64,000 bases of DNA from Paraphysomonas bandaiensis (Eukaryota; Protista; Chrysophyceae). The stretch is taken from the NCBI GenBank assembly GCA_965644295.1, contig CBFFRP010000238.1, positions 124,001 to 188,000 on the forward strand, given 5' to 3'. Shown here in pieces: positions 35,982-48,116 of the stretch. Position numbers and translations under genes: made by a program. Numbering within the stretch: the first letter of the stretch is position 1; each line of letters begins with the position of its first letter. Below the pieces are notes generated by a model. That model had not been told where the DNA came from. It was given only the letters and a program-made list of their open reading frames with translations, and searched no databases.

Positions 35982-37760
35982 TTAAATTTTACTATTCGAA
36001 GCTAGATGTGCTGCGACCTCCTCTGGATTTCTCATGCTTTTACTGCCTGCATTGCGTGAAAATCCAAAAGCATCAACTACTGAAGGGAAGAATTCGGATG
36101 CGACAATAGTTTCTACGGTATTCTTAGCCTTCTCTATATCTTTATCTACTGATTCGTCTATTCGTGTTGAGTTGCGCTGTGCGGAGTTCTGGGACCGTTC
36201 ACTGATTACCTCGGCACAGTATGCCAACACAACATCTTCAGTAATGGAGTCGATATATTCAGCCCGCAGAAGCGCCAGAGCTGACTCATTCTGTGCTCTA
36301 AGTCTAGCTGCCACAGCATTTGCAACTCTCAGATAGGTGGCCGTGCGTATCTCGCACCGGTTATTCCACGCAGACGATCCGACAGTTAATAAGAGAGACA
36401 AACACACAGCCTGGGCGAAAATCGGATGCTCGAAGGCGAAATTAAGACTACGGTACACTGCCGGTGCAGCCCCAAGCCCAATCAACGAGATGAACATCAC
36501 TAGTTCTGCGCGTGATAGGCGAATAGTGATATATGGTAGTGATGTATCACGAGGTGTTGCATTGGGCACAGTAAGAGGCAGGACAGAGAGAGGGAGGTGG
36601 CTCAGAATACGCATAGCAGTATGTGCCTCGCCAGAAGTAGACACCCATCTTGCTCCCACCACTACATCCTCGTAAACCCTATTGCTGTCCCTAATATCCC
36701 CATACGGTTGCATTTTGGGGTTTCTACCAGTCAACTCCGTAGAATAATGACGATCGGAGTGCGACTTACAATGAGTGGTTGACTGGTCCGACCAAGAGAA
36801 GCTCGGCAATATTATTTCAGGAGCATGAGACGTGTTTCTCTGAATAGGCATTTCTCTGTCATGTACCAGCGAAAGAATGTAATTCCATAAATTCTGAGAC
36901 AACTCAACGAAGAATTTGCCCATGTGCCAAAAGTACGACATGGTGACAGTGGACTGTAGTCTATGCATGATGTGCATTGCATCTCTCATTTTCTTGACAA
37001 CGTAATCTTCAATTGAAGTAAACAAATCTTCAATCGACGATCTTACACGGGCATACTGCTTCATTTCAGTTCCCTCAAAAGCAGGATACGACAACGCAGA
37101 TTGTACCTGTGTAGATTGGACAGCATCCTTCGGTTTTGCTTCATTACTACGATTTCGCAATATACTAAGGCCAGATGCATTGGTAGTTCTTATGGCAGGA
37201 GCATTGTTAGTCTTTACAGCTGGAGCAGGAACGGAGAAAATTGAGTTTTGCGATAAGGTGGACAAAGGACTTCGCACCCAAATGGATACAGTGTAAGTTG
37301 AATCTTTGGGGGGTCTATACCTCGCCATAACCCCACCTCCAAGAGGTACCCTCTCCGGTAATGCATCTGTACGAACTTTCGTATACCCTAGAGCAGGTAA
37401 TATTACATCAAGTTGACATAGAGGGTCTGCATGTGGCGAAATTCCAGTAATTTCAGATTTACTATAGTCTTTATTGTTGGCTTCGGAAGGTTGCACGTCG
37501 ACATCATAGCGAAAGTTTTCAATTTTTCTCTTCAAGGACGCGATTTTTGCTGCAAAATAATTCGCAGCCGCTTCCTTACTTGTAATGGAGCTTTTCCCCC
37601 ATACCCATTTCTGGTTTTTGGGAGAATAGACAGCTGTTTGGCTATATTCTATGTCATATTTTATATTCTGTCGCAGCAGAGGTAAGACGTTACGAATCAA
37701 ACACTCTTTCTCAGAGTCTTTTAGAACACGAGAATTACGAATAAATTTCACCGCTTTCAT
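35982..37760 (-). CDS. Membrane protein, possibly a divergent DUF3754/TMEM143 family member
   Basis: 592-aa open frame with two hydrophobic helices. C-terminal AMRILSHLPL..P and ALALLRAEYIDSITEDVVLAY loosely resemble DUF3754. Confidence 0.55.
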   Translation of the reverse strand: MKAVKFIRNSRVLKDSEKECLIRNVLPLLRQNIKYDIEYSQTAVYSPKNQKWVWGKSSITSKEAAANYFAAKIASLKRKIENFRYDVDVQPSEANNKDYSKSEITGISPHADPLCQLDVILPALGYTKVRTDALPERVPLGGGVMARYRPPKDSTYTVSIWVRSPLSTLSQNSIFSVPAPAVKTNNAPAIRTTNASGLSILRNRSNEAKPKDAVQSTQVQSALSYPAFEGTEMKQYARVRSSIEDLFTSIEDYVVKKMRDAMHIMHRLQSTVTMSYFWHMGKFFVELSQNLWNYILSLVHDREMPIQRNTSHAPEIILPSFSWSDQSTTHCKSHSDRHYSTELTGRNPKMQPYGDIRDSNRVYEDVVVGARWVSTSGEAHTAMRILSHLPLSVLPLTVPNATPRDTSLPYITIRLSRAELVMFISLIGLGAAPAVYRSLNFAFEHPIFAQAVCLSLLLTVGSSAWNNRCEIRTATYLRVANAVAARLRAQNESALALLRAEYIDSITEDVVLAYCAEVISERSQNSAQRNSTRIDESVDKDIEKAKNTVETIVASEFFPSVVDAFGFSRNAGSKSMRNPEEVAAHLASNSKI

Positions 37761-38120
37761 TCATCCCAGAGCTGTATACCAAATATCGGGATATATGTTC
37801 TTGGGTCACTCTTTCGTCTGTTATGTGACCACATTTCAAAATACAGCATATTCTATCTACCAGCGGTCTTCTATATACTGTACATGTGTGGTATACATTG
37901 TGCTGCTGTGGTACTGTATACAGCACTACAAACCATGGATATATAGTAAATATGTCGTAAAAAACGTGAAAAGTTAATTTTTCTTAATAAATTTCTAGAT
38001 TTTGGAGGAATTCTTGACATATTCTCATATTCTGCTTCGTCTGAGCGAAGTGATTGATTTTAATGGATTACTTCTAGCATGAAGTCAGTTTTCAATTCTT
38101 TATACTTCTTGCAATAGTTA

Positions 38121-39243
38121 ATGATAGAAAATAAGCTCCTGAGCCGCTTACAAAAAAATAATTGTTTGCTGCTGGATGGGGGATTATCAACCACACTTGA
38201 GTACTATGGGCACACACTTGATAAAACATTGTGGTCTGCGAATACTGTTGCCACTTCTCCTCTAAGCATTGTGGATGTACACGAGAAATTTATTGAGGCT
38301 GGATGTGATATTATCACCACAGCGAGCTATCAGATGTCTTTCGAAGGCTTTCTTTCTAAGGGCTACAGTAGAATAGAAACAGAGCAACTTATGCTGAAGT
38401 CTACCTCATGTGCACTGACTGCTAGAGAAAATAAGAAAGACATTCGAGACGTTTTGATTGCCTCAAGTGTGGGTTGCTATGGTGCACACCTCGCTGATGG
38501 CAGTGAATACAGCGGGCAATACGGCTTGAGCACTGACCAATTGGCTGCGTGGCATCAGGGAAAATTTGATATACTCGCGAATTCTGGGTGTGATATCATG
38601 GCGTGTGAGACGGTTCCATGTGTGACAGAATGCAAAGCACTATGTCGAGTTATATCATCCTACGAATCCTCTCATCGGAGACCTGAACTAGGTGGATGGA
38701 TAACCTGTTCATGTAGTAGCGGCGATACACTTAACAGTGGGGAGAATTTTGAAGACGCAATTCGTGCGATAACAGACCCATCTTATGAGCGCGAAAGCCC
38801 CGCACTTGCTCATTGGGGAGTTGGAGTAAACTGTACCAGCCCTGGTTTCATCGATTCGCTGTTGGATATCATTCGAGATTCTGGCAATACTACTGGTCGA
38901 CCTATAGTTGTATATCCCAACAAAGGTACGATTAGGTTATTTCGCACTGCCTTGTAGCGAAGGAAGCTGTTTCTTGCATCTGAATATACTATGAGAATAC
39001 CAGTTGGTTAATTGTTTCTCAGGTGAGTCTTGGGATGCAGTCGCCCGGGAATGGGTAAGCAGTTCGGGGTATGGAGATGCTGAGTTTGCAGAAATGGTCA
39101 AGGATTGGAGAACACAAGGGGCAAATGTTATAGGTGTGTATTGCGTATTGATTTAGAATTAATAACTGCGTTCTCTGTAAGGTGGATGCTGCCGAACAAC
39201 ACCAGAGACTGTAGCTCAAATGGCACGCGTCTTGGAATTATGA
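38121..39243 (+). CDS. Homocysteine S-methyltransferase (MmuM/HMT); 3 exons
   Basis: LLDGGLST, AGCDIITTASYQ, GCYGAHLADGSEYSG, MACETVP, GVNC, VVYPNK|GESWD, IG|GCCRTTP. Stop at 39241-39243. Confidence 0.95.
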
Positions 39244-39733
39244 AATCTGTGGTATATATGTTTAGAAGGCGTATAATGCTGATGCTCAGAGGTTTATTTG
39301 TTTATAACTGCTTGAACTACTTGTATTTACTATAATTACAAAGGAGTCATATATGTATGGTCATTTCATTAAATTAATAATAAAGATAGAAAAGTATTTT
39401 TGTTCCTTATTGCAAACTAGTTGTGGATGACAGGTTCAGTCATGCTAAGTTGCTAAGCAGACAAGATGCTAATTGTATCACAGTTTCTAATAAAGTACTC
39501 TTTTGATATATAACTTACTACATAGCAGAACGATTATATCGTCCGAATATAAATACTACACCACATTGTGGTTCTGTTTTGTACAACTGCAAATCAATAA
39601 TTTTACTCAAAAAATTTCACACTGCTACTTCACTTCGATGTCATGTTTTCAGTTCTACCTTCATTGTTGATATTATGGAGGGGATTTTCTGCCACGACAA
39701 GCCAATCAACTGTATATCTAGAAGTATCGGCTT

Positions 39734-41069
39734 TCACGGCGTCGGTCTAAATGAAATACAGTAATTAAAACGGTAAGTAGGTCTTATTGATAATCTCCTC
39801 ACATCTAACATGAACACTTCACCGTCCTCGACAACGAATTCCACGTACTGAAGATCGGTGCTATATTTTTCCCTCAGCGTTTTACAATATTTCATGAGGC
39901 TACGGTGGGCATCACGATTCATCACGCGAAGCTCCTGCAAGGTATTGTTTGACGAAGTCATTGGAGATACTGGTGTGTGGTCAGTTTCGCCCTCCTCCAT
40001 ACGACTATAAGCTCCTATGGTTGTATAGGTTGCAATATAAGGATACATTTATCGCTCTTACATTAATATTACTAACCAAATATTTCATTTGAAGCTGCTC
40101 CAGCGATACAGCACACACCTGTACCAGACCTGGAGTTGAGATTTCCAGCGACCATTCTCTGCACTATGTCAGATCAAGCACAACATCAGAGGACAGCACC
40201 TGTACAAGTACCGCCACGCCAGTCGAGGACATATGTTCAGCACTAAACCGCGCGACATCAGGGGCTTTACTACACTCGCCCCATGATCGATATATCGCCT
40301 GTATTGTCATACGGAGTTGTTCCCATGGGTCACTGGGAGGAGGAGCAATACTTTTAAATTCCTCCACGATGAAAGCGAGGCTCTCAGTTGTGAGTTGTCG
40401 ATCAGATGTGACATCATCTCTCTTACGGGCGGACTGGAGTACATGGTCGTAACGCTCACGAGGGATACCGAGTACATTTACACCAAAGTTTTGAAGGAAC
40501 CTCCGGTGGGTGTCAAGTGCATATCTAATATATCTATGACCTGGTCCAGCTAGATTTGCAACCACTTGATCGTTGATACCAAGGCAAAGAACTGAATTCA
40601 TTACGCTGCAAATATGGATTACGAAGGAATTGAAATGATGCTAAAATTACTTTGGTGTTTTCAGAATAGTACTTGCTCTCACGCACAATAGCAGTGGTTT
40701 TACCCCGTCCGTATATGGTCCTCCGAATTGTGTTTGAGTTTTTTTTTCTAGCTGTTTAATTCCAGTAACACAATATTCCATTGTGCTATCCAGGGAGCTA
40801 TTCGACTCTAAGTAGTCCCTGTACGCTAGAGTGGACAATATGAACCCCGGCGGAATAGGGATTCCTGATCTGTATAAGAGTTATAATGCACATAGAGTTG
40901 ATACTGATTCCGATACTAACCTCATCATCTCGCACTGTGCCGCGCCTTTGAGACCCAGTTTAGAAACATCATATTTCGTTCCTTGATGGAACTCATACAT
41001 ACGCTTCTTAAATCTACCTGACAACTGCTTCGCAAGAACCGACAGACTAGCCACATTTTCAAACTGCAT
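39734..41069 (-). CDS. Divergent stand-alone PPDK N-terminal (nucleotide-binding) domain; multi-exon; 3' end at 39734 or about 39641 depending on splicing
   Basis: LGLKGAAQCEM, GIPIPPGFILST, PLLLCVRAS, VLCLGINDQVV, DTHRRFLQNFG, DPWEQLRMTIQAIYRSW, VAVLVQ|RMVAGN, SGTGV, VEFVVEDGEVFMLDVR. Confidence 0.8.
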
Positions 41070-41641
41070 TTTTAAATAAACAATAACAAAATACGTTCAA
41101 TGACTATTTAAATTCTATTTGTTATGAATTCACAGCGCCTCTATTGATTGAGCTCTCTCAGGTCACAGTTAACTTAACTGTGTGTGTGTAGAGCAGACAG
41201 CACAGCGGCAGTGACCTTGAGAGAAATTCAACTTCAACTTGTGAAGAAAGAAATACCGCGAAATACGTACACAGAATATGACTGAGGTGTAGTTTGTGAA
41301 TACAAAGAAGTATACAACGTATACAGGTATTCGTTCTGTTTTTCCCATTTTCATGAATGAAATTCTAGAAGTCGTTCATTGTATATATACATGTACTATA
41401 CTATACTATACTGTACTGCTGTACTGTACTGTGCCTATATCAATATACGTATACGCCCTCTATATCCGACTTTCCATAAACAAGATCCAGAGCCTTCGGC
41501 TTCGACCATATGTTTCTGTAATTCTAGAATAGAATAGAAATTGATCGGATCTCATAGCTCACATATTCATAATTATTAAGAGATATTCACACACAAGCAG
41601 GTAACAACACTATCTTAGACACTAACATAATCATTGGATAT

Positions 41642-42502
41642 ATGATAGCCCAAGATCAGAGAAAGACTGTGAACGCCACCTCTGCGTTTTCTGTACTATG
41701 GACGTGGCAATCATTCAGTATATTGGAGGCACTGAATGCTCTGATTGTCGCTGTTATTGCGAAGATCTTTTCCTTCAGTGATGTCAATTCATCTGTCGTG
41801 CAGCTGTGGCGAAAGAATGTGGAGAAGGCAGAGAACCAAAACCAGTCGGATGTGGATGAGATCTACGAACATATGAATGCAACGATCGAGATTCTAACTG
41901 CTGCTGGAGTGAAATGTCCTCTTATTGCGGGATCAGCTTTGGGTTTTGCTCGTCATGGAGGGATCATTCCTTGGGACAATGATGTCGACATGGGAGTTTT
42001 AGAGAGTGACAGTGATTTGATTATGTCTCTGCGTCCCAAGCTGGAACAAGCTGGTGTGCAAATTGTTCGATCGGACATTGGGTTCAAAACTGGTACAGGA
42101 CGACTTCGTGTTGGGGAAGGAATGGTTGAAGAACGCAACGGTGAGTACTGGGCTATCGGTCCGGAGGATCCATTCACTGGGGTGAATCAGGACCTGTTCA
42201 CGTTTAGAGAAGATGGAGAGTATAATGGCGTCCCAGTGCTGCGATATGCCGGAGAAAGGGCCATTAAAACATGGCCAAAAGAAGTGGTTCCAGTAGAAGC
42301 ATGGAGCGGACAGCACATTGCTAATTTCGGAGGATTCGTTGTTAATGTATTTCCAGAGAAGTGGATGAACTGGTATCTCTCGAACTGCTATGGACTCACA
42401 TGGAAAACGCACGATGGATTCGGTAACCCAATTAAGTCGTTCAAAGCGAAGCTCCACAGCAAATTCTTGGAAAACGCACCCACAACAGTTGACGCTGCAT
42501 GA
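41642..42502 (+). CDS. LicD-family nucleotidyltransferase-fold protein; intronless
   Basis: GSALGFARHGGIIPWDNDVDMG signature, late YLSNCYG..W motif, N-terminal hydrophobic segment. Confidence 0.85.
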   Translation: MIAQDQRKTVNATSAFSVLWTWQSFSILEALNALIVAVIAKIFSFSDVNSSVVQLWRKNVEKAENQNQSDVDEIYEHMNATIEILTAAGVKCPLIAGSALGFARHGGIIPWDNDVDMGVLESDSDLIMSLRPKLEQAGVQIVRSDIGFKTGTGRLRVGEGMVEERNGEYWAIGPEDPFTGVNQDLFTFREDGEYNGVPVLRYAGERAIKTWPKEVVPVEAWSGQHIANFGGFVVNVFPEKWMNWYLSNCYGLTWKTHDGFGNPIKSFKAKLHSKFLENAPTTVDAA

Positions 42503-43099
42503 GGGTAGTGACGCATCTCGCACTCAATTTTTAGAGTTAATAGTTGCGCCCTTGGTTTGCGTAGCTGATGTAGCATATTGCACTATACGTTGTAAGAGCG
42601 TCATAGTCTGTTAAGTTTTTCATGTTTAAGCATTTCTTCATGTCTACAATGTAATTAATAATATATTATATATTGTGTCATAAGTCATAAATATCACTTC
42701 TTTAATAACTTTCCACGCAGTAATATCGTACCTCTACTATCGAGTATGCTGCTTCAGATTAATGAAGGCGTTAGAATCGTTTTATTAGTAACATCATACG
42801 CATTAGTCATCGTTGAGTGTGTATGGTGCGGTAAGGTAGAGAATATCGTACCATATTGGTGAATAGGTTATTGTAAAATTCATCATAGCTGAAGACATTA
42901 TTGTTGTTACATGGCCATAATTTTCGACAGCTACGTAATGGTAATCCACCTCAATACACGTTATATATGAGCTAAAAATGGAGTAGCTGTGTTGCACCAG
43001 CGAAAGTAACATTACATATTATGTATTCATAATTCATAATAATTAGACATATATGAGGAGCAATAAATATTCTGACTAACAGAAAAAAATACCAAATCT

Positions 43100-46000
43100 C
43101 TACGTATCAATGTCGACATATTGATTCCCCACTATACGCATCAACACACTAGAGTTCATATCCTGCAAAATATTTCTTTCTAATTTTTCTTGTCCAATAA
43201 GTTCAGCAAGGAGGTTTAACTTGGAGACAACATGGGACTGCAACGACATATTAACGGATGGATCTTGGTGCAGAAAAGTGTTAAATTTAACAACGACATC
43301 TTCCTGCTCACGCTGATTGGAGACGTTTAACGCCGAGTCTCCTCCATGCACTGCCCATTCTGATCCATTTCCTTCATCATCACTATCGTCTCCATTCATC
43401 GAGAGTGCCGTTTTCGGGAGGTTCACAAGTTTCTTTTTCCCTTCAACCGTTCGCTCTTCACAAAGCACATCATCTACAGCATATAAAATTTCCGGTAAAC
43501 AACTCAGCAGATCGGCATCATCAGTAGGATAGAAAGAGAGCAGAGAGAGACAGCACACACGTTTGTGCCACACACCCCCTGCAGAATATCCTATTGCGTC
43601 GAATTTTTCTAACATCAACCGGATAATTCCCTTCATAACGAACTCGCCACTTATTTCCCTACCAGTTGCAAACTTAAAGGCAGAAGCTACCTCTTTGCAA
43701 GCTGCAAGAAGTGTGCTTCCAGATATTACTAGTAGGCGGGCACATACAGATAAATAGGAGACAATGGCGACATCAGCCTCTAAATGGTCCTTGTACAATT
43801 CCGCAATTCCGCGGTATATAGATGTTGCTTCATCACTACTTGATGTAACAGAAATGAAACCAGCAGCACACGCTCGCACAATAATCCAAACAATCCCACC
43901 AATAAGTAGATAGTTAGCAGCAGCGGATCCTGATTCACTGGGTTGTAACATTAGTAGGGCTTGTACGGGCCTCAAAGCATAGCTCGCAGCACGGGCTTTA
44001 ACCTGTCCTACAGTACGTCGTAGAGCAACAAGAAGAGCCTCGCCAGAATCTCGGTCACATACAAACTCCCAACCACCGACAATGACATACCCTTCCAGCA
44101 AACATAAAATTGTCTTGACTTCATCGAAATTAGATCCAATTAAATCTGACTGGAATAGCCGAGGAATGTTTTCAATGAATATTGTCTTCAGCGCAGGGTT
44201 CAGAGTAGATGTGTTTCGAACAACGGCAGTCCAGAGCTCAACTCCATGCTTGCACAAGTGCGACGATGTATCAGATGCAGATGTTGAGTACGAAATAACG
44301 GGGTAAAGGACATCATGAATACGCCGACTACCTGCCTGAGTGTTGGAATCCGTTGAACTGAAGCCTCCAGAAATCTTCACTACACTGGTGAACAAATCAA
44401 TCATATCCGAACGTAGCATGCCGACCGCATCGTCGTTATCGTCGGCGGAAAAGTCGGGCATAGCAGAGCCACGGGTGTCCCCATTTCTGGCAGATGACTC
44501 CCACAACATTAGCATGTAATTCACTAACATCAGGAGATGGGGACGACAAACTACCCCCACAGTGTCAACTATATCTTTGAACAAGTTCACAACTTGTACT
44601 TGTGAGTTTGCATCGGATAAATCGTGAACAACAATTTGGCAACCACCAGAGAGTAGACCCTCAAGTTGAGGGAGAACCATTTCGGGATTGAATACTTCTG
44701 CGTGAAGAATTGTTTCTATAGCCTTCACAACCTGTAGCCGAACCAAAACATCGAAATATTTCTTATCTGCAGAGGATGGATGCAAGAACGCAACCAGTAG
44801 CTGAATAACCACACACAAGATTTCATTCTCAAGCGTATGTGCCCAGCAGCTCATAAGCCACACCATCCGATGACTGATGACTTCCCGCAGGAAGGAATGT
44901 GGCGCCGACACTAGATGCGACAACATCGGACCCACTGTGGAGGAAATCCATTGACCGGAGTCACATCGCTGAGAGAGAAAGTATGGGCTGAGGCCAGCAC
45001 ACATATATAATGCTTCCCAATGCAGTACTTCATCGATGTGAGCCGTGCCATTAACGACAGCAGCGGAGAGAGATTGTTGTCGGGAAGTGTCCACTAGAGC
45101 AGACAATACTAATGCGCAAACTTCGTCAGGAGAAAAGTACACCATACTGGAGTATAGCCCCTCTGCTGCTAACCGCAGACTATCCCCTTCACTGGCACTC
45201 TGCAAAGAAGAGAAGAGCTCTTCGGGGTCATCACCCCATGCCTGAAGTAAACGCTGCGGGAGACGGAGTAACCTTTCTACCAAAACGTCAAACAAAACCT
45301 GCAGGCGACTGGTAGGCATTTCAGAGTGGGACCCAAGAAAATATTCTCCTAACAATTTGCTAGTGCTAGTATTATCCGCACCAGAAGCTGCATTAAGGGC
45401 ATTTGATATGAATAGAGTGTATACAAGTGCGAGTGGCTCACAGGCGCACTGCGTAGTTCCTACACCATTAGCGACGAATTGCTTTTGAAGCAATGCGAAG
45501 TACAAATCGAGAACAGGCATGATATATATATTGAAATCCGCATGTTTACTTTCCTGTTGAAGGTGAAGAGGTATGACGCTAAGTGACATGAGAACACGGG
45601 CAATAGTGAGCGAAGCAGCGATACGATATTCCGAGTGCTGTCCCGGGGGAAATCCGGAGGCACCTACAGTTGCGGCACAGTCGACAGCATCCATCCCGAA
45701 TCCACAACAAACTTCTCCGCAAGAGGGCAGACCAGAGTCGACCGGGTCATTCCCGTCTTGCCAAGACCCCACAGAGGCCCAAATATTGCCACCTCCGCAC
45801 TCTTCCCCACTAAATTCGAAGCGCACGTCAGAGCTAGTTAGCAGACTACTTAGAGTAGAAATTCTGTCTCCGATGGCTTGATAGAGGAACTGTACGAACT
45901 GATCACCTCGCATAGAATTAAAACATAACATCATTAAAATTTGAAGTATTCGTGTGCAGGTGCAAAGATGGTTTCCCATGGCGCAGAACTGGCCCAGCGA

Positions 46001-46612
46001 TTCGGCATCTTTCGGACAACTGTCGAGGGAGAAGAACTGCTCGCAAATGTCATTCCAAACTTGAGAAAGAGGCTGTAACATTTCTGTCGCAATAGAACAA
46101 AATTGAGCCTTATTTCGGGCTAACTTTTTTCCATTTAAAACCAATACGACCTGCAGTAATGCCTGCATAGAATTCGTGGCAAGAGTCCAGCTCGGCGATC
46201 GTAAACATTGAAAGAGCAAATCGAATAAATTCGTCCAGTTCTGTGGCCAGTCACAACGAGCGATACGGGATATTAGAACAGCAATTTGAATTGAAAGCTT
46301 ATTGTTTTCTTCCCCCATCATTTCAAATACTTCACTCCTGAGTAAATCCTTTTCATTGGGTGGAATAACAGCATTCCCACCTCTTTGAGTCCAACAGCGA
46401 TCCACATTATTCTTAATGCATATCACAGCAAGTAATCTACATTGCTCCGAGAAATTTCCTTCCCTATTCCGGAGCACATGAATAAGAACAGGTAATACTG
46501 CCGGTTGTCCTTCTGACTTATGCAGAAAATTCATTGCAGCGGTTTGGCTGGCGGATGACTGAGAGTGACACGCCTCATGCAGCGCAGACAGGATGGAATC
46601 TTGATTTGCCAT
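43100..46612 (-). CDS. Importin-beta family karyopherin, importin-11-like; intronless
   Basis: IBN_N region RLLAVICIKNNVDRCW, IAVLISRIARCDWPQNW, WGDDPEE, SLRLAAEGLY; HEAT-like composition over 1170 aa. Confidence 0.85.
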   Translation of the reverse strand: MANQDSILSALHEACHSQSSASQTAAMNFLHKSEGQPAVLPVLIHVLRNREGNFSEQCRLLAVICIKNNVDRCWTQRGGNAVIPPNEKDLLRSEVFEMMGEENNKLSIQIAVLISRIARCDWPQNWTNLFDLLFQCLRSPSWTLATNSMQALLQVVLVLNGKKLARNKAQFCSIATEMLQPLSQVWNDICEQFFSLDSCPKDAESLGQFCAMGNHLCTCTRILQILMMLCFNSMRGDQFVQFLYQAIGDRISTLSSLLTSSDVRFEFSGEECGGGNIWASVGSWQDGNDPVDSGLPSCGEVCCGFGMDAVDCAATVGASGFPPGQHSEYRIAASLTIARVLMSLSVIPLHLQQESKHADFNIYIMPVLDLYFALLQKQFVANGVGTTQCACEPLALVYTLFISNALNAASGADNTSTSKLLGEYFLGSHSEMPTSRLQVLFDVLVERLLRLPQRLLQAWGDDPEELFSSLQSASEGDSLRLAAEGLYSSMVYFSPDEVCALVLSALVDTSRQQSLSAAVVNGTAHIDEVLHWEALYMCAGLSPYFLSQRCDSGQWISSTVGPMLSHLVSAPHSFLREVISHRMVWLMSCWAHTLENEILCVVIQLLVAFLHPSSADKKYFDVLVRLQVVKAIETILHAEVFNPEMVLPQLEGLLSGGCQIVVHDLSDANSQVQVVNLFKDIVDTVGVVCRPHLLMLVNYMLMLWESSARNGDTRGSAMPDFSADDNDDAVGMLRSDMIDLFTSVVKISGGFSSTDSNTQAGSRRIHDVLYPVISYSTSASDTSSHLCKHGVELWTAVVRNTSTLNPALKTIFIENIPRLFQSDLIGSNFDEVKTILCLLEGYVIVGGWEFVCDRDSGEALLVALRRTVGQVKARAASYALRPVQALLMLQPSESGSAAANYLLIGGIVWIIVRACAAGFISVTSSSDEATSIYRGIAELYKDHLEADVAIVSYLSVCARLLVISGSTLLAACKEVASAFKFATGREISGEFVMKGIIRLMLEKFDAIGYSAGGVWHKRVCCLSLLSFYPTDDADLLSCLPEILYAVDDVLCEERTVEGKKKLVNLPKTALSMNGDDSDDEGNGSEWAVHGGDSALNVSNQREQEDVVVKFNTFLHQDPSVNMSLQSHVVSKLNLLAELIGQEKLERNILQDMNSSVLMRIVGNQYVDIDT

Positions 46613-48116
46613 ACTTCGGACCTCTACAGAGTTGGTCTTATCTGTGTAGGTACTGACGACAGTCAGTCGATGTAGGTGACGAGAATGTGTTTGTTATTGT
46701 GGTGACTGGAAGCAACTTGTGCGGCCTGCTGTTCCATGTATACAGAGTTCATCAATGCTCCTCTATACAGAGTATTCTCCAGTATACAACAGTGTGTATA
46801 TGATAGACTCGTACTGTATTTAAGTAGTATACGTGGTATACGTGCTACATATCTTCAACGAGCGATCCCCCAACAAACTCTGCATGCATGATGGTAGTAT
46901 CTATATCTATATCTAGCAGGGATATGCATGTTCATACCAGTCGATATAGATATTGAGTGACTAAATCGTAACATGTAAATGCAATGCTTCAATCATGGTA
47001 CTGTGTTATCTCGATTTACTGTTCAGTAGGCACAATCTGGAATAGGAAATATGCAGCTGATTTGTGTTCTGACAATATGTTGTGGATACCAAAGCAGCAA
47101 TTGGTTAGCCTTGAGTGAGAAAACGTAGAGCTATGATTTTGATGATACTACTTAAAGTCGTAAATATGTATGCGATACTTAGTGTATGTACGTTAATGAG
47201 TGCATTCGCGGATTGCTCCAAGTAATAATGTTTCGACTTTTGGCGTAATGATTGCATATCTCTTCAGGTCATTGCATAATCATGAAATCACAGACTATCA
47301 TATGTATATAGTTACAGAGAACACACTATTCGATAAATGTGTTCAAGGTTTTTAAGAGTGATGAGTGCCCATGAAAATTCTATTTTAGTATATCACAAAT
47401 CACTAATAGAGTTGCTTTATTAAAAGCTACATATGCTACTTACTTATTTTGTAAAGAGCAACAAGTATCTAATTTTCGTTGTTTGCCTTAAGTAAACTAG
47501 TAGCGATTGATCTGCTCGCTGTGGGTTTTAGAATTGGACATGACACTGAAGTTAACCTTGCTTTAAACGTAAACCTTAGTTTTGCTTTGTTGTGCTCAAC
47601 GTACTTTAAAGAAATATTATAGCTATTAATCTCAAAACTTCACAATATATATGCATGTAGCTGAATATACTCCCTTTGTAACTACATGTTATACTCACCC
47701 CGTTACACCTACGAGTTGATTTCACATTTCACCTATTGCGCAGAGCACATATTAACTCACGTCAATTACACAATATAAATCGCATCATCCTTCAGAACCA
47801 ATAGTGGGGATAAAAATGGCTTGCCTTCTCTTTTTTAAAAGTACACACCTTGGTGGGATGTGACAATAATTGTCCCCTTCCAAGAGTAATACCGGATATT
47901 CAGCTAACTGGGGAGGGCATGGATCTAAAACAAAATATGGCGTATGCCATCACGACTTCTATCTAGAAAATAAAACTGTCTGATCTTTAAAGAAAAATGA
48001 TGACACTTATTTACGAATACTTGACGTAGCTAATGCGGTTTCATTAAGGCGCATAACTCTACACTACCACTTTCTCATGCGCCGTCATTTCACAAATCAA
48101 CCGACCACAACATGTG

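Noticed and set aside
38121-42502. HMT, PPDK-N and LicD as a metabolic gene cluster
   Set aside because: No shared pathway is evident, and adjacency is expected in a gene-dense genome.
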